The notes: generated from the sequence alone by a model not told the origin. A stretch of DNA of 64,000 nucleotides from the human T2T-CHM13v2.0 reference genome, Homo sapiens (GCF_009914755.1 NC_060926.1); one strand, 5' to 3'; positions 38,902 through 54,125 are shown, counted from the first letter of the stretch. Numbers and translations: made by a program.

Positions 38902-41579
38902 TAAGATTCTTAAAAGTCTCTTTAACTTTGAAAAAAGACCCATGGAATTATTTTAAAGGAAGGTGAGTATGAATGAGAAAATGTGAAAGAAAGAGTTAGG
39001 GATGGGGAGAGAGAGAGACAGAAGTTTCTACACTGGTTGATGTAAGATCAACAAGACCCTATGGAATTGAGCCATCTGTGGAGATCCTCAGGAGGGAGAG
39101 ATGGCCCAGGACAGTGCAGGAAGTGTAAGGTAGGTGGGGTGTGTGACCGGGGTCCTAGGTCTTCCAGTAGTTTGACCCTGGTACTTTCCACAGAACTGAA
39201 ATGTGGGTGTCTCAGGAACCTTCTAATATGAAGGGTTTGAGTGGAAATCTCCTGCCATAGTGGCTTGAGAAGGCTCCAGGGAAAGGTAACCCATTTACTC
39301 ACAGCAGCCATTAACGTTCAGACCCAGAGGAGTTTAGCAGATTAGCTCTAGATTTATAAGACCCAGGAAAGTGGATACTGGGCTGACCAGGAAGGGATGG
39401 AGCTGAGGGAAAAGAGGAGACCAAGCCTGCTGGACCGGATTTGGAGGCATCAGTGACCCAGTGACCTGGGGGAGAGGCAGATTTTGTAGGGTCTTCATTT
39501 TCTTCTGGGGCCAGTCCAATTATCTTGGATGGTGGGCCTGCTAGTGGAGATGGGTTGGCTTGTGGAGGACATGAGAAGGGAGAGAGATCAGGATATTATA
39601 TTTAGGGAATTATGTTAAAGGGTAAAATCTAGAAGCCATAGTCTGAAAGAATTTATATTTAGTGGGGGAAAATCAAAGGATGCAGAAAAGAAAATAAGAC
39701 AAGGAAATTCTGGCTGTGACTAAATCCTAGGAACAGGTGCTCAGACCTAAAGAGCTGCTGCCAACCAGAGGTCTTGGTGGACTGACTGATGGCAAGGTGT
39801 CCGACTTCTCAGGGTCTCTTGAAATCCCTTTCTTTTGGTGCCACACAGAGGCTCTAAGGGAGGAGGTCCTTGTTCTGACAGCCTGAGGGTGGGCTTTGAA
39901 CTCTCCCTCCCCTTCATCATCTCATCCTTGGGAGCAACCCAGGATTCCTGGACTCTCAGAGGGTAAAGCCAAGATTCCCAGGTGGGACCTCTCATCTTTG
40001 GGGAATGCCTGTCCCACACACTGAGCCTGAACTTAGAGCACACAACTGTAGGGTGTCATGAGTTGATCTAAGGTATGAGCATCTGCCAGGGTTATTTTAT
40101 TATCTCCCCTGGCCTGAATGATTACTCTCTGTATTTAAACAAACATAAAAAGGTAAAACAAAAATAACAAAACAATGTATTCTCAGTCTTGCATCTCACC
40201 AGTCTGTAGGTTCAGATAATGACATCTGAATCATAGCTTTGAGCCTTGCTACCTTTGAGCTCCCACCTGCTTCACAGTGTCTTACTGAGTTCCCTCCTCC
40301 CAAATATTCTTGGACTACCCATGGGGTAGTTGCTGCAGTCTGAGCTACCATTTGATGCTGGCTTCTGTTACTTTGGCCTGTAACCTCTGCTATTGAGCAA
40401 GAGTCTTTGTTTGTCCCAGGATTGCCACGATAAGGGGCTCGCTCTGTCATCCCAAATTGCTGCCAACTGGCTCCGCCACTAATGTTCATAGGAAGTGAGA
40501 ACATTGTGTCCCCAGTGCTTCATTGAGGAAGATCTCAATATGTGGTTGTCTGTATCTCAAAGGGTCACAATTTAGTGGGACAAAATTTAGTCAATTTACA
40601 AACACACAGACGTTTCTTCTCTTTGTGACTTTATGATAGCTGAATTGGGACAAGTTCCTAATGTTACTCAAATGCTGCACACAGAGCCACCATCACTCTA
40701 AGCCCCAGTCCTGCTGCTGCGTCTGGTTCACCTTGGCAGACTTTCTTACTTTTGGTGAATTATCTCACACGGTTCAGATCATTCCTTTCTGCAAATGGGC
40801 TTCCATAAGGAAACACGAAGTAGCTCACCAGACATGTCTAGTTATGTGCAAACTCCTATAGAATCAGTTTAAGATTTTTTTGAGCGATATCTCATTTCTG
40901 CTGTAATCAAGGGATCACACAGATTTTTGAGAGAAAGGTATTTCCCAGCTCCATCTAGGAGAGTGTTCCAGGGGCTCCCTTCTGGCCCAGCTGGGACACC
41001 TAGTTATTCCAATTAGCAGCGATACCTAGGCAGAACTTTCCTGAGGACCGAATCTGCCAAGAGTTAGTCCAACACATCCACTACCACCACAAAGCTCAGG
41101 ACCACCTTCCCACCCCACTATGGCTGAATAAACCATACTCCTGGGGCAAGACATGCTCCCAGATCCCTGCACTGAATTATCTCATCAGGCAAGACCTCCA
41201 CTATTTTGGGAAATAGTTACTGTCTTCTGTCTTACTCAACAGGGCACACTAAGGACCCAGAAGGGAGAGAACATTTACTTTAATTAGTATGGACTATAAT
41301 GCAGAGAACCTGTAGCCATGAATCAAGTGTATTCATACCAGAGTGGATGTGTCTGAGAGAAGGCAAAGATCTCCTTTTTTGGACTCATGAAGCTTCATGA
41401 AGTGTCTTCTCTTGGTCACTTATCTATGGGCCAGGTGAATGTGCCATATTGGATCCTTGTCATAACACCTCCACTGCCCATAATATCTTCTCCCTTTTCT
41501 TTCCTTTGTTTCTTTTCTGTATCCCTTCCTCCTTTCCTCCCTTTCCTTCTGTACCTTCCCTCTCTCCTTCCTTCTTCCT

Positions 41580-42010
41580 ATACACCTCACACGCAGCTGG
41601 GTACTAAAGGGATGAGGGATGGGTAAGACATTGTCCTTGCCCTTGAAGGGCAAGCACATCATATGGTGGGGAAGGCAGATGTGTACACAATTAACTATAA
41701 TAAAATATGGTGAGCAATATAATGGAGATCTGCCCAAAGTGTCCTGGGAGCACGGAGGAGGGAGCAAAGAAGCTGCCTTAGAGGTCATCAGGAAAAGCTC
41801 CACTGAGAAGGTGATTTCTGAGCTGCCTTTTGAAGACCAAATAGGAATGTCCAGGTGTGTAAGAATGGGAAGGGCTTTCCAGGCAGGGAAACTGTGAAAA
41901 TAGTGCATGGCATATAGTCTGATTTGGCCAGTGATAGAGTAAGGAATGCAGGAACATTTGAACAGGTAGCTCAGGATCAGTATGGGCTGGGGTCTGAGTG
42001 TCATGCTTAG
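41580..42010 (-). mobile_element. L2 fragment
   Basis: 'gacattgtccttgcccttgaag...catcaggaaaagctccactgagaaggtgatttctgagctg...gggaagggctttccaggcagggaa'. Confidence 0.8.
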
Positions 42011-42999
42011 GAACTGCATTTTGTTCAGTATATGATGGAGAGCCACACACAGAATTTTTCTTTGGGCAACACTTCTTGACTGGCAAGGCTCACACGGCAA
42101 TACTCAAGGTGGGCAGTGAACTTTGTGTGTAACTGTGTTTAATCAACCAACGCATCGAGTTTTTATTAATGGCCAGTGTTTGCAAGGTTCTATGTTAGCT
42201 ACAGTGAGACTGCAAAAGACGCATTATGATTCGTATACTATAGGAGGTCAGATTCATCCTCACTTAGAAAAAGTTAAGGGTAAGGAAGGGGAGTACAGTA
42301 CAAGATTGTGTGGTTGAAGGGCTGAGCGAAGATAGCAGACAGCAGAGGAGTCTGAGTAGGTCTCCTGGAGGAGGGGGTCTGAAGGATTAGCAAGAGGCCA
42401 TTCTTCATAGGGAAGCCACATGGGCAAAGACTTGCATGGAATGTGTTTGGACAGTGAGGAATCTGGCCTGCCTGGACATACACTGGGATGCTGGGAAAAA
42501 AGAGGAATACAGAGGGATGGCCAGATGAAGGAAGTTCTTGAAGCGAGGTGCAGCATCACAGTACCTCTGGGTGGGGAGGAACTTTAAAACCCTTCTAGAA
42601 AAACTATGTATGCCTCACCAGTCCTACATGTGGGTTTCCTCTGTAATATCCCTATATGTGATCATCAGTCTTTGTTGGGAAATATTTCAAGATGGGAAAG
42701 ATCATTTCACCTTTAAATGCCTCTGTTGGAAAGTCCTGTGGAGCCTAGCTCATGGTTTCTGCTGTTCACTGATTTCAGATATCTCTCTGTGTGTCATCAG
42801 CATCTCTCCCTGTTTGCTGCAGAGCAGTTCTTCTGATTTTCTAAACAAGCTCAGCAACTTTTTAACTTCCCCTTTTCCAGGTTGGAAACTCAGTTTCTCC
42901 AACTGTTGTTCCACAGGTTCAGCTGGTGAAAGCGCTCCCTTTGATTCTCCTTTGAAGCAGGATCTGCTCAGGGCTGTGTAGTCTGGACACAGTTCAGTG

Positions 43000-43650
43000 G
43001 GTGGTGACTAGCCTCTGTAAAATGACGCGTTTTAAATGGTATTTTGTGAAAATGAGGTTGGGCTCAGAGTTCAGGATAGACTGGGATGATTCAACTGCAG
43101 GAAGGTAAAATTTGGGGGACCTTGGCAGGAGTTTAGGCCTAGGACTTGGATCGGGGTGATGGGGGTCAGGGGATAAGTAGGAAAGATGGAAGCCACAGGT
43201 CATTTCAAAATTTTAATAAAAGAAAAGCGAGACAATGATGACTTTAAGTTTTCTAATCTGAAAGCCATGGCAATAGCATGGGCAGAAGTGGGGTGGTGGG
43301 GAAGGGAGCTGACTGGGGAACGGTTCTGAATTTGCTGCTAGAGGAGGCTGTGGACATACTCTGGGAGCCCAGGTTCATGGTTAGATTGGAAACATGGGCT
43401 TTGGATTCATGAAAAACAGGGAACCTGTATAGGGAGTGAAAATATACAGAGGAGAGAGCCATCAAGAAAGACTCCTATAGGAAATCCTCAGCTCGCAGAC
43501 TAGAAGAGCCCAAGACCCCCACAAAGGAGATAGGGACTCACAGAGTTTTCCGGAGAGCAGCATCGACAACGCCTAAGTAGAGGGCTTCCAAAAGGAGAGA
43601 GTGGTTAGTGATAGCAAACGCTCAGGAGGATAACGAAAGTGAGGCCACTG
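43000..43650 (-). mobile_element. L2 fragment
   Basis: Purine-rich L2-type 'atgatgactttaagttttctaatctg', 'aaggagagagtggttagtgatagcaaacgct...gaggccactgggtttacc'. Confidence 0.6.
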
Positions 43651-44729
43651 GGTTTACCTAGGGGGAAGTCAGTTTCTGCAGACTCAAGGGGGTCAAAGCG
43701 ACCCTGGTGGAGATTCAGAAGGGACTGTGTGTCTGGATACTCCTTCCCAACACCCCCACCGCAGGAGAGCTACATTTTCCCCTCTCCCCTCAGCCCACTG
43801 GTCCCTCCCATTGTCTATCTTCTTGCCTTCACTCCCAGTTCCTCAGTGCTGACCACCAGTTGGTGGTCTCCTTGGTGGCATGGCCGAATCACTTTTCCCC
43901 AGGGGGGAAGGTGGGGTATTCTCTCAGCAGGGTGCAGCTCCTCAGGGGAGGCCAGGCCCACCCAGGCTGGCCAGCCCACTGTGAGAGCAGCCTGCACTGA
44001 CAATGCATCTGCCTGGCATGTGCATGAGAACCAAGGTGCTGCTGTGGCAATGACAGCCTCACAGGCCCCTAAGGTTGGAGCTGAACTAGGGAAATATATT
44101 TTACTTGACATCTGAATGCTATGGTTCCCAGGGGTCAGAGGGCGAGTTGGGAGAAGCTCCACCCCTCCCTCTCCCTGGCCAGCCCTTTCCCTACAGGGAA
44201 ACCCCAACACCCTGGTGCATCCTATGAACTCCCTGTTTCTATCTCCCTCAGCACTGAGCAGTCTTCTTTCCCCTGGCCATCAGCTTCTTACTGCCCAGAA
44301 GCTCACTCTGGTCTACGCCAAGGGCAAATGTGTCTGCTAAAGTGAAGGGTGATTTCCAAGCTTCTTCGGCAGAGACCCCAGAATTCTAGTAATGAGGGAG
44401 ACAGGTTATGCCAAGCCTGCTTCTCCCAGGATGCACTGGGAGCCTGGGAACCAGGAGGGAGGGAGGAGGCTCAGCTGAGGAGCTCAGGATTTAATTCTAT
44501 GCATCATTAAGTAGTCCTCTGAAAGTAGTGTCCCCCTATACATCATCCATGCTTAGTAAACAGCACGCTGACATTACATTAGAGGCTGGAAATGAATTTT
44601 CTCTTTTATAGGGAAATTGAGAATCCACCAAGAAGAAAGAAAGAAAGAAGAAGAAAACCTCAAAACCAATTATCTAGGCATTTATGAGTTCCACCCTGGT
44701 CCCTCTCTCTCTCCTCTCTCACTCAGATG

Positions 44730-45090
44730 CAAAGAAGGATTTAATATTTAATACATTAAGAAAAGAAAGAAACTTTGATAGATTATGTGGAATCTGGCGT
44801 TAATTCTCTCTGCCCCTCCTTACTTCCTCATTCTCCCCTCCCAAAAACCCTTTGCCTGGGTCTAGCTGACATTTAAATGGATTAAGGTGTTCAGATTTCC
44901 TTAACAGTGTTGACATTTTGGAAATATTTCTGGCTTCTTTCCCCTCTCTCTCCTCTAAATAATAATAATAAATAAGTATTGGAATGGATCTTCCCCCTCC
45001 CACTGGAAGGCGGGCTCCAGCCCTGTCCTACTCTCTAGCGCTGAGGTGATTTACATTTTCCCTTCTTATTTACAAGATTAAGGACAAAGA
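44730..45090. promoter_or_regulatory. Candidate enhancer with homeodomain/TALE motifs
   Basis: GGATTAA, TGACAT twice, TGATTTAC (45047-45054), weak CTCF-like CCACTGGAAGGCGG (45000-45013). Confidence 0.35.
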
Positions 45091-47339
45091 GAAGTCAAAG
45101 TCCTCCTTGGGAGATAGTGGGCTGAGTGTGGGAGCGGGGGTGCAACTGGTCAGATGGAATTCTGCTGCTAGCTAACTTATTTCCCAGAACTGCAGCCCCT
45201 TCCCCTCATATTCAGGGTTTAGCATGGGGGAATCTGTCTGCCTGTCCCAGGTCCTGCACTGTGCCTCCACCCTGGCTCCGTGGATCCTCCTTCTTGTCAC
45301 AGGCACTGTCCTTCCTCTTTGTAATGTGGTCGGGCTCCTTTGCAGACTTGCCCTCACTTACCAGACAGACACGCCTGGGAGTTCCCCTTCCCTTTAGAAA
45401 TATAGCCCTGTAGTGTAATGAGGAACCCAGAGAAAAGGAGGTGCATTTGATTCTGTCTATTCACTCATCTCCCTGGAATTTGAGTAGCCTTTCTTGCACT
45501 GAGCAGTGGTGTGTTCCCATACCTAGATGCCAAGGCCCTTGAGTGGTCCATGTCTTTTTAATCTCCGTGTCCCAGCTCACAGCACAACACTTGGTACATA
45601 GTAGGTGCCTATGAATGTTTAAGGCAGGCAGGAAGGAAGGAAGGAAAAAGGAAAGGGAAAGAAGAGGAAAAGAAGACAGACCCCCTGCAGTTGGAAGTCT
45701 TCATTGGTTGGCTAACATTCTCAAATTCCTGATGCTCTATGTGGCCTCCAAACAAAATTAATCAGCAGATGTACAAAGTAGCATGATGCCCAGCTCTGTG
45801 CTGAGTCCTGCCCACGAGCTTCCCGGAGTTTAATGGTTGTCGTTATTGTTGTTTGCAGAAATAACGGACAATGTGTATAGAGAACCCAGTGTTCCCGAGA
45901 GCACATCCTTCTTCATGAATATCAGCTAGAAGGAGATGGAATCCGATGGCCTTGGAGAATAATCTCAGTGCTCTTATTTAGTATGGGCTACTTGATTGCT
46001 CAGGACTCAGTTTTCTGATATGGAAAGTGGGGTTGATAACAATCCTGACCTGAGGACACTACTGTGACTATTATGAGGATAACACACATTCACTGATTAA
46101 GACAGTGACCACACCTTGAGTGGTCAACAAGTTGTATCTGCTTTGTGTTGTAATGTTAGGCATTTAATCCAGTAGCTGAACAATAATGGTTTTCACTAAC
46201 CAGGCTAAACTGGTCAACATTTGAGAATATTCCCAAAAAGAAGAAGAAAAGAGATCATCAGAACCTACTATGAGTTCTAACCTGATCTCTCCTCAAGTTC
46301 TGTTTTTATATTCAGGTGCAAGGAAGCATTTGATGTACGACAAAGTAAAGCAACTTTGAGAGATTTTTGGAAGAGGAGTTTCCAGAAGTATCTGTTAGAA
46401 GAATTTCCACTAGGTTTTGGCCACTTTGGCAGAATTAGTACAGGTTCAGTGCAGACAGTGAGTGGCCTGAGTGATAACAGGCGTGATTCATTCCGATGCT
46501 CACACTTCTCTGTGGGTAGGTCCCCACCCTCTGCCATTACCTCCTTGTGTTTCTGTACCTACCCCTGGCCTTGCCACCTTGCCACCTGCCTGCTCCTTTC
46601 AGTATGCAATGATGTGAGTGTTTTCTAGGGACAATGCCCCAATTTTTAAAAATCTGGATTGCCCCATTTCCACAAAGTTGACTTTTATTCTGTCTTCCAA
46701 AGATATCCCAGCCCAAACTTCATGGAACCACCTTCTCCCTTGGGCTGTGTGCGGCCTGCAAGGGTGTTATGTGCATCAGACTTGCTTGGCTTAGCAGGGG
46801 ACTCAGCAAGACTTCAGGGCTTGGTTTAAATTGCTTTTTTATATCTTAGTCGTAATCAGCTTGGAGTCTACTTTGTATTTTTGCCCTTTCTTTTCATTTT
46901 GAGATCCCTACTCTGTTAATCTATTAATACTTGCATTTTGAGTCATTGACTTTAGATTCACTGCTTTTCATGGTCTGTGACTTAGCGTCTGTTAGATTCA
47001 AAAGAAGTGTCCAGCACATATGATTTGCCAAGCACTGTAAGAGGTGCAGGATTAACCGATGACTAAGACACATTTCCCTGCATCAAGCTTATGGCCTAGA
47101 AGGGCCTAGAAGGGCATCGAGCTTGCAAACTAGTAAACAGTGTCTACAATCAAAGAGCATTCAAAGGGCTAAATCGGCATAGATTGGGGAGCAGGGGTCA
47201 GGGAAAAGGCAGGAGGGAGTCAAGAAAGAAGAGGGCATTCTCTAGGCAGACTGGTGAGGGTGGGGTTAGTGGAGAGGTTGTGCAGAATGCAGAATTTACA
47301 TACTCGCATTCTTCTTTTCATTTAATAAAGAAGGATTTA

Positions 47340-47616
<277 letters not shown>

Positions 47617-47814
47617 TAGGCTTATATTGGATTAGATGACCCTAATTCTATCTGGTTGAGTGCATTCAGAAGATAAGAGAAAGAGAGTCCTGGTTGCAGA
47701 CCTCAGGTCTTAGCTTCTGCTCTTCTGCTTTCTCCCCTCAGTTGCCCCAAGAGCTTCTATTAATTATGTTCATGTTGTATAGGCTTTGAGTTGGTCACCC
47801 CATTCATTCACCCA

Positions 47815-48440
47815 TTTTTTTCTGATTACTGGTGAGGTTGAAAGGATTTTTGTATGTTTATTGGAAACTTGTGTTTCCTCTTCTGTAAAATGATTATTCA
47901 TGATTTTTTTGACTTTTTTTTCTGTTGTTGTTGTTGTTAAGCTGTTTGCCTTTTCCTTACTGATTTGCAGAAATTCTGTCCTGAAAACCTGTGGTTGATT
48001 ATATGTGTCACAAATATTTTCTCCCAGATTGTGCCTAGTCTTTTCGATTTTTATAGTGTATTTTGATGAACCCACATTCTTGATTTCAACATAGTCAAAG
48101 TTAACAATCTTTTCTTTATGAGTTTTATTTTTTATATTGTGTTTTAAAGCAAAAGTATTTCCTATCTTAAAGTCAAAGATATTCCCTCATATTGTCTTCT
48201 AAAGTTTTAAATTTTACCCTACATATTTAAGTTATTAAGCCACCTAGAATTGATTTTGTGTATGCTGTGAAGTAGAATTCCAATTTAGTTGGTTTGTATG
48301 GTTAAATAGTTGTTGCAGGGAGATTTGTTGAATAGTCTGTTCTTTCCTTGTTGACCTGCACTGTCAGTTGTGTTTATATGAAGTGGTGTTCATACATATA
48401 TGGATCTATTTCTGGGTTCTGTGATCCTTTCCACTGGATA
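47815..48440 (-). mobile_element. Old L1M fragment
   Basis: 'ctgattactggtgaggttga...tttcctcttctgtaaaatg...caaatattttctcccag...cacctagaattgattttgtgtatgctgtgaagtag'. Confidence 0.85.
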
Positions 48441-49897
48441 ATTTCTCTATCTCAGCCCTGCTGACAGAGTAGCATATTCGATGAAGCTCTTGAGTCCAAA
48501 TAGTGAGAGAAGGAGCTCAAAATAATTCCTTTGGTTCACAGAGACCCTTCTTTATAGGGGTGGTTTAATGGTGGTATATAGGGGTGGACTTGAAAAAAAG
48601 GATTAAAATCTCAGCTGTGGCACATATGTGTGTGAGTTTTGGCACATTTTTCAATTTTTCTGAGCCTCAGACTCTTCATCTGTTAACTGGGAATAGTAGT
48701 TTCAACCCAAGAAGCTGCTTTGAGGAGTAGATTAAATTTTGTATTGTAAAGGATGTGAAAGTGCCTGGCATTATAATGGGCCTGGGAGGTGGTGTTTTGC
48801 AGCTCTCCTAAACTAAGGCTACATGGACATTTTCTAACAGCTTCAGCCCAAAGTGAGTCAGGTCTTGGAATTACCCCACAAGAAAATGAGACATAAGCCC
48901 CCAAACGAATTATTTGTTTCAGATCACCGAACTGTCTTCCCAAACCTCCTGACTTAGTTCCAAACTCATTTTAGAGGACATGGGGCTGTGAAGTTTCTCT
49001 GCTAAAAATGATTGAGGATAACTGGGAAAAGTAAACTTGCTATGTATTACTGAATTAGGAATAGCAGATGAGGGAAAAAGTCATGCAGGGAAAGTCATTG
49101 TCAAATGCTTGAACTCTAGGTTCTGAAGTCCAACTTAAAGAAAGGCTCTTTTACTACTTATTGGCAATATAATAATTTAAAAAGCACTTTATAATTCATA
49201 AAGTCCTACTATGTAATTTGGTCCATTTTATTCTTTTTACACCATGAAATGGTCTGAGATTTGAAGTTGGCTCTGAGAGTGTGAGACATGCTCAAGTTTA
49301 CAGAGCAAGGAGGTGAGGTTGGCAGGTCTCAAACTTAGGCTGGGCAACTCAAACTCTCTAGTTACACACAAATGGTGACTCTACCTTTATGTACTGAGAT
49401 AATTTCAAACATGTTTTCCACCATTCTCGCACATACACTTGTAGGTCAGCTCACACTCTTCATAAAACATTAATTATCACTAGCTGGGCCAAGATTTCTA
49501 GTAGAACTGGGGTTGGGCATTCTTCCAGGCAACCGCCAAACTCAACTCCCAAAAATGCAAGCAGTTTTTAAAGTATTGTTTGTACACAAATGGAAATGCT
49601 TTCTAATGCAATTCCCCTCATGTATTTGTTATGGAGTTCCATCAGGGCTGAAATTGTCCAGCATATATTGGTCTTGAGACAATGGTGAGGCTAGTAGGTA
49701 CCTGTTTACATGCCAACATGGCACCAGGAGTTCCAGGCCAGGTTTTACCAACCTCAAAAATGTGGCCAGCGTCTTTGGGCACTTGGTCCTACCCTGGCAA
49801 CATCTTGAGAGCAGCATCCTGGGAGCTAAAGGAGTTTGACAGTTGCCTGAAAGAAATCCAAGTTTCTGGGTTTCCTTGCCTGTCCCAGGCCATCCTT

Positions 49898-49899
<2 letters not shown>

Positions 49900-49943
<44 letters not shown>
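49900..49943. repeat. (CA)n microsatellite, about 22 units
   Basis: Perfect CA run. Confidence 0.98.
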
Positions 49944-49945
<2 letters not shown>

Positions 49946-50079
49946 GCTTCCCCTTCCCCAGTCTCAGGTACTCAACCCAAGAGCACCAAGGATTTCCTTA
50001 CCATCTCTAAGTTTTGATGCCTTCAGCTTCTTTTTCCAGTATCTCTCATTATTGAATTGAAATGCTTTTTAATTGAGAT

Positions 50080-50995
50080 GTTTCTTCCCACTTTCCTGGC
50101 AGATAGAAAATTTCTCTGATGTCGCTCAAGACTCAGACCATGACCTTCTGCTTCTCTCCCTCGTTCACCACACTCAAGGAGTCATACGTCTCTCCTTGTA
50201 GATGACCTCTGAATCTCATCACTTAGACCTGATCACTGATGAGAATTTTAGACTGTGTCTCCAGGTATCTATGCATATCTCCCTGTGTTCTCTTAAGCTC
50301 TCCTCTCCTCATTAATTGTGACTCTTCTAATTTCGATTTATCCATCAATGTTGCTATGATTTCATTGATGATCAAGACTCATCCTTGACTTCTGTCTTCT
50401 CCTTCATTCTCTATATCTTATTCAGTAATCAAATCAATTTATTCTCTGTTTCATAACATCTCTTCCCGTCATTATTGCCAGAACCCTGGTTTAGGCCTTC
50501 ACACCATGTTTCATTAGCCTCCTAACCTGATTTCTCATGGACAGTTTCAATGTCATGTTGACTCATCATGCCCCTTCTCCACAACAGATTTTACAAAGCC
50601 TTCCTTTGCCAACCCTTATGGGAGAGCTTTACAGCCCTTTTAGTAAAAGGACTTGTCTTCAGCCAAACACATTCACTAACATTGAGGTTTCTTAATTTTT
50701 GTAGCAACTCTCACCACTGTGCTTATACATGTGTGAAATTCTGGGCTCAGCACTCCCGAGAAACCTTCTTAGATCACCCCCTTCCACCAAGTCCCCTTTC
50801 TTTCCTATGGGTTTCTGTGCAGGCACGTCATTCTTTGGTAACATCCTGCCTGGCATGACCATCATCCTGATTCATGTACGTCTTATACCTTGTACCCTGT
50901 GTCTGGCTGCACAAAACTCCTGCTCCTGCTCTGAATCACCTACTGTTTCTCTGATGCACTGTGACATTCATTAAATTCAGTGGGATTAATGGATG
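50080..50995 (+). mobile_element. L2 fragments
   Basis: 'gtagatgacctctgaatctc', 'tcatccttgacttctgtcttctcc', 'accctggtttaggccttca...ttagcctcctaacctg'. Confidence 0.6.
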
Positions 50996-52019
50996 GAGTA
51001 TTGTTTCTCAGGACACAGGAGAAGGTTGGGGTTGGCCTCCTTTAAATTAGTGCAGACTTAGGCTATCTTCCTTGTTGCTCTTGATGTTGCCAGACCAACT
51101 CTCTATTTGTCATTGACCCCTTTTCTAAACAATGCGCTCAATTTTCCCAGCTCGCCTTAGTTCCTAATTTCTCTCAACAATCCACTTATCCTGGTTCCCT
51201 TTTGGGACATGGTCTTGATTCATATCTTACTGAGCTCTCTGGGACACAGTATAATAGGCTATAGTCATAGAGTCAGGAAAAGGGACAAGAAATCAGAAAA
51301 TTGTATTCCTTTTATAGCACTGGAAAAGTCACTTACCTTCTTTGACTCTCCATTGTCTTCCATGATAAACTATAAATAGTAATATTTCCCCTCTCAGGAT
51401 TGGTGTGTGATCCAATGAGATAATGAACATGGAAAACCTTTGCACACCATGAAGCACTATGTGAGGGGTATTATCAGCCCTCCTTCTCTTTACCTTCAGA
51501 TATCGCTCTCTACCCACAAAGTGCTTCCTTTACCTTTCATCTCACCTGTGGCCTCCATCTGACTCTGGCTGCAGCAACTTCAGTCTTTCCCTCTTCGTGC
51601 ATTCTTTCCTCTCTATTGACAATCCTTTCCCTGCCTTACTCACTATCCCCACTTTCCTAGCATATAAACAACCTCTTACTTGATCCTTCTGTGTGTTCCA
51701 CCTCCCACCAGCCACTGTCTTCTTCCCTTTCCTTTTGTAAACAGAGAGGACAACAAGTAGTCCCTCCTGCTGGCTCATTGCCTACTCTTTCCATAGCTCC
51801 TGCATTTCTTCCCAATGACTCTCCCTAAGCCAGCAGATCTGTTTAAGTTCTCAGTTCTTATCCTCCTTAAACTCATTGTTTCGTCTTCTTTTCTGATTCA
51901 GTATCACCCCATCCTTTTACAGTGGGCTTGTCTCCAGGCCTAGTCTTCTTGCCATCTGCTCTGCCCCGACACAGGGAACCATCATGCACTGCATTCTCTT
52001 ATTTTACTCCATTCAGATT

Positions 52020-52320
52020 GAGTCATACTGGGAGTACTGTGTTTACTTCTAGGTTTCACCTTCAGTGAGAATTATGACCAACTCAGGGATATTCAATAAG
52101 GAGGACCAAGATGGTAAGGGCACTAGAATTATCTTCTCTTATGGAACACTTGATAGAATGGATGTATTTAACCTACAGAAGAGAAAATTCAGAGGAAATG
52201 TACACTTTGCTGTCTTAACACATTTGAAAAGATGCAAAAAATTTTTTGTTTACTGATTTGAATTCCTACAGAAAATGGAATTAGACAGAAATTACAGACA
52301 GGTAGATATGGAATCACTAG
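52020..52320 (+). mobile_element. L3/CR1 fragment
   Basis: 'ctgggagtactgtgtttacttctagg...ggaccaagatggtaagggcactaga...gtatttaacctacagaagagaaaattcagagg'. Confidence 0.75.
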
Positions 52321-52334
52321 CAAGCAATACATGC

Positions 52335-52572
52335 CAGGCTTGTGAAGGCTCTGCCATCAGATGACATGGGTTCAAATCCCAGATCGACCACTTCTGTATG
52401 ACCTTGAGCAAGCTATATCATTTCTCTGTGCCTTCATTTTGTCATCTGCAAAACGAGGATAGATAATTATAGTGCCTACCTTATAGTGTTATTTTGAGGA
52501 TTAAATAAGACAGTGCATGTACAGCCTAGAAGAATGCCCAGCGCAAGGAGACTGCTCAATACATGTTAGTTG
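52335..52572 (+). mobile_element. MIR
   Basis: 'gggttcaaatcccag...tatgaccttgagcaagc...tttctctgtgcc...catctgcaaaac...gtgcctaccttatagtgttattttgaggattaaat'. Confidence 0.85.
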
Positions 52573-52596
52573 TCCCCTTCTCCTGCTCCTCTTTGT

Positions 52597-52628
<32 letters not shown>

Positions 52629-52653
52629 TATCATCATCGTCATCATCACCACC
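52597..52653. repeat. (ATC)n trinucleotide repeat, interrupted
   Basis: Directly visible at the MIR 3' end. Confidence 0.95.
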
Positions 52654-53122
52654 CGCATTTAGAGCTGTCCAGGAATGGAGCCAACTCTTCACAAAGCAGT
52701 AGACTTCATGTTTCTAGAAGAACACTCAACCCAAATGGTACTGGGGACATAGCAGAAGTGTCTGCTTTGGCGAGGTAGGTAGGACTGGATGCCATCAAAG
52801 GTCCCTTTCTGTGTTTGCTCTTCACCACCACTGTCCCTGAGCATCTCCCATTCTGGGTTCTCTGGGTCTATCAGTGGTGGTGCAATGCTGTCTGGCACTC
52901 AGGCCTAAATCATCCCTTTAGTTCCTTGGCTCCCTCTTACACATTTCACCTGGCAGACATAGAGGCTTCCTGAGGGCAGGCCCTTACAAAAGGAATCCAT
53001 GTCCATAAGCCTCCATTCCCACACAGAGTCTCATGCCTCCTCACATCACTAATGCCAGTATCTTTGTCCCTGCCCTCCTAATATTTGGCTATCCTGTGGA
53101 ATCAATTTGGCATCTAGCTTAA

Positions 53123-53442
<320 letters not shown>

Positions 53443-53728
53443 GCTTAAACCAATTTCTAAATCTGTTTCCTTGATAGAATTCCGGACCTTGGATCCACCC
53501 ACTTTCTCCCCAAGCTGGCTCCAGCTTTGTACAAGCATCTCTCACCAAGATCATCAAACTAAAGGCTCAAGCCAAAACACGCATCTTTTTAGTCCTCAAT
53601 CACAGGGTCTGTGATTCTTTTATTGCTGAGTCTCCTGCATCCATCTGATCATTTCTATTTCCTTTGTTCCCACCTTTACCCAAGCCATAATCTTCCCTGC
53701 TCTATTTCATAATTCATAAAAAACTCTT

Positions 53729-54125
<397 letters not shown>

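Noticed and set aside
40312-40328. Small hairpin ACTACCC-ATG-GGGTAGT and micro-duplications at about 35695, 47094 and 63622
   Set aside because: Too short to exceed chance or ordinary slippage in 64 kb
41420-42100. 226-aa ORF
   Set aside because: Lies largely in a degraded L2 fragment and a CT-rich tract; no reverse transcriptase or endonuclease motifs
52501-52778. Poly-Asp, poly-His and poly-Ser ORFs
   Set aside because: Translations of the (ATC)n microsatellite at a MIR tail
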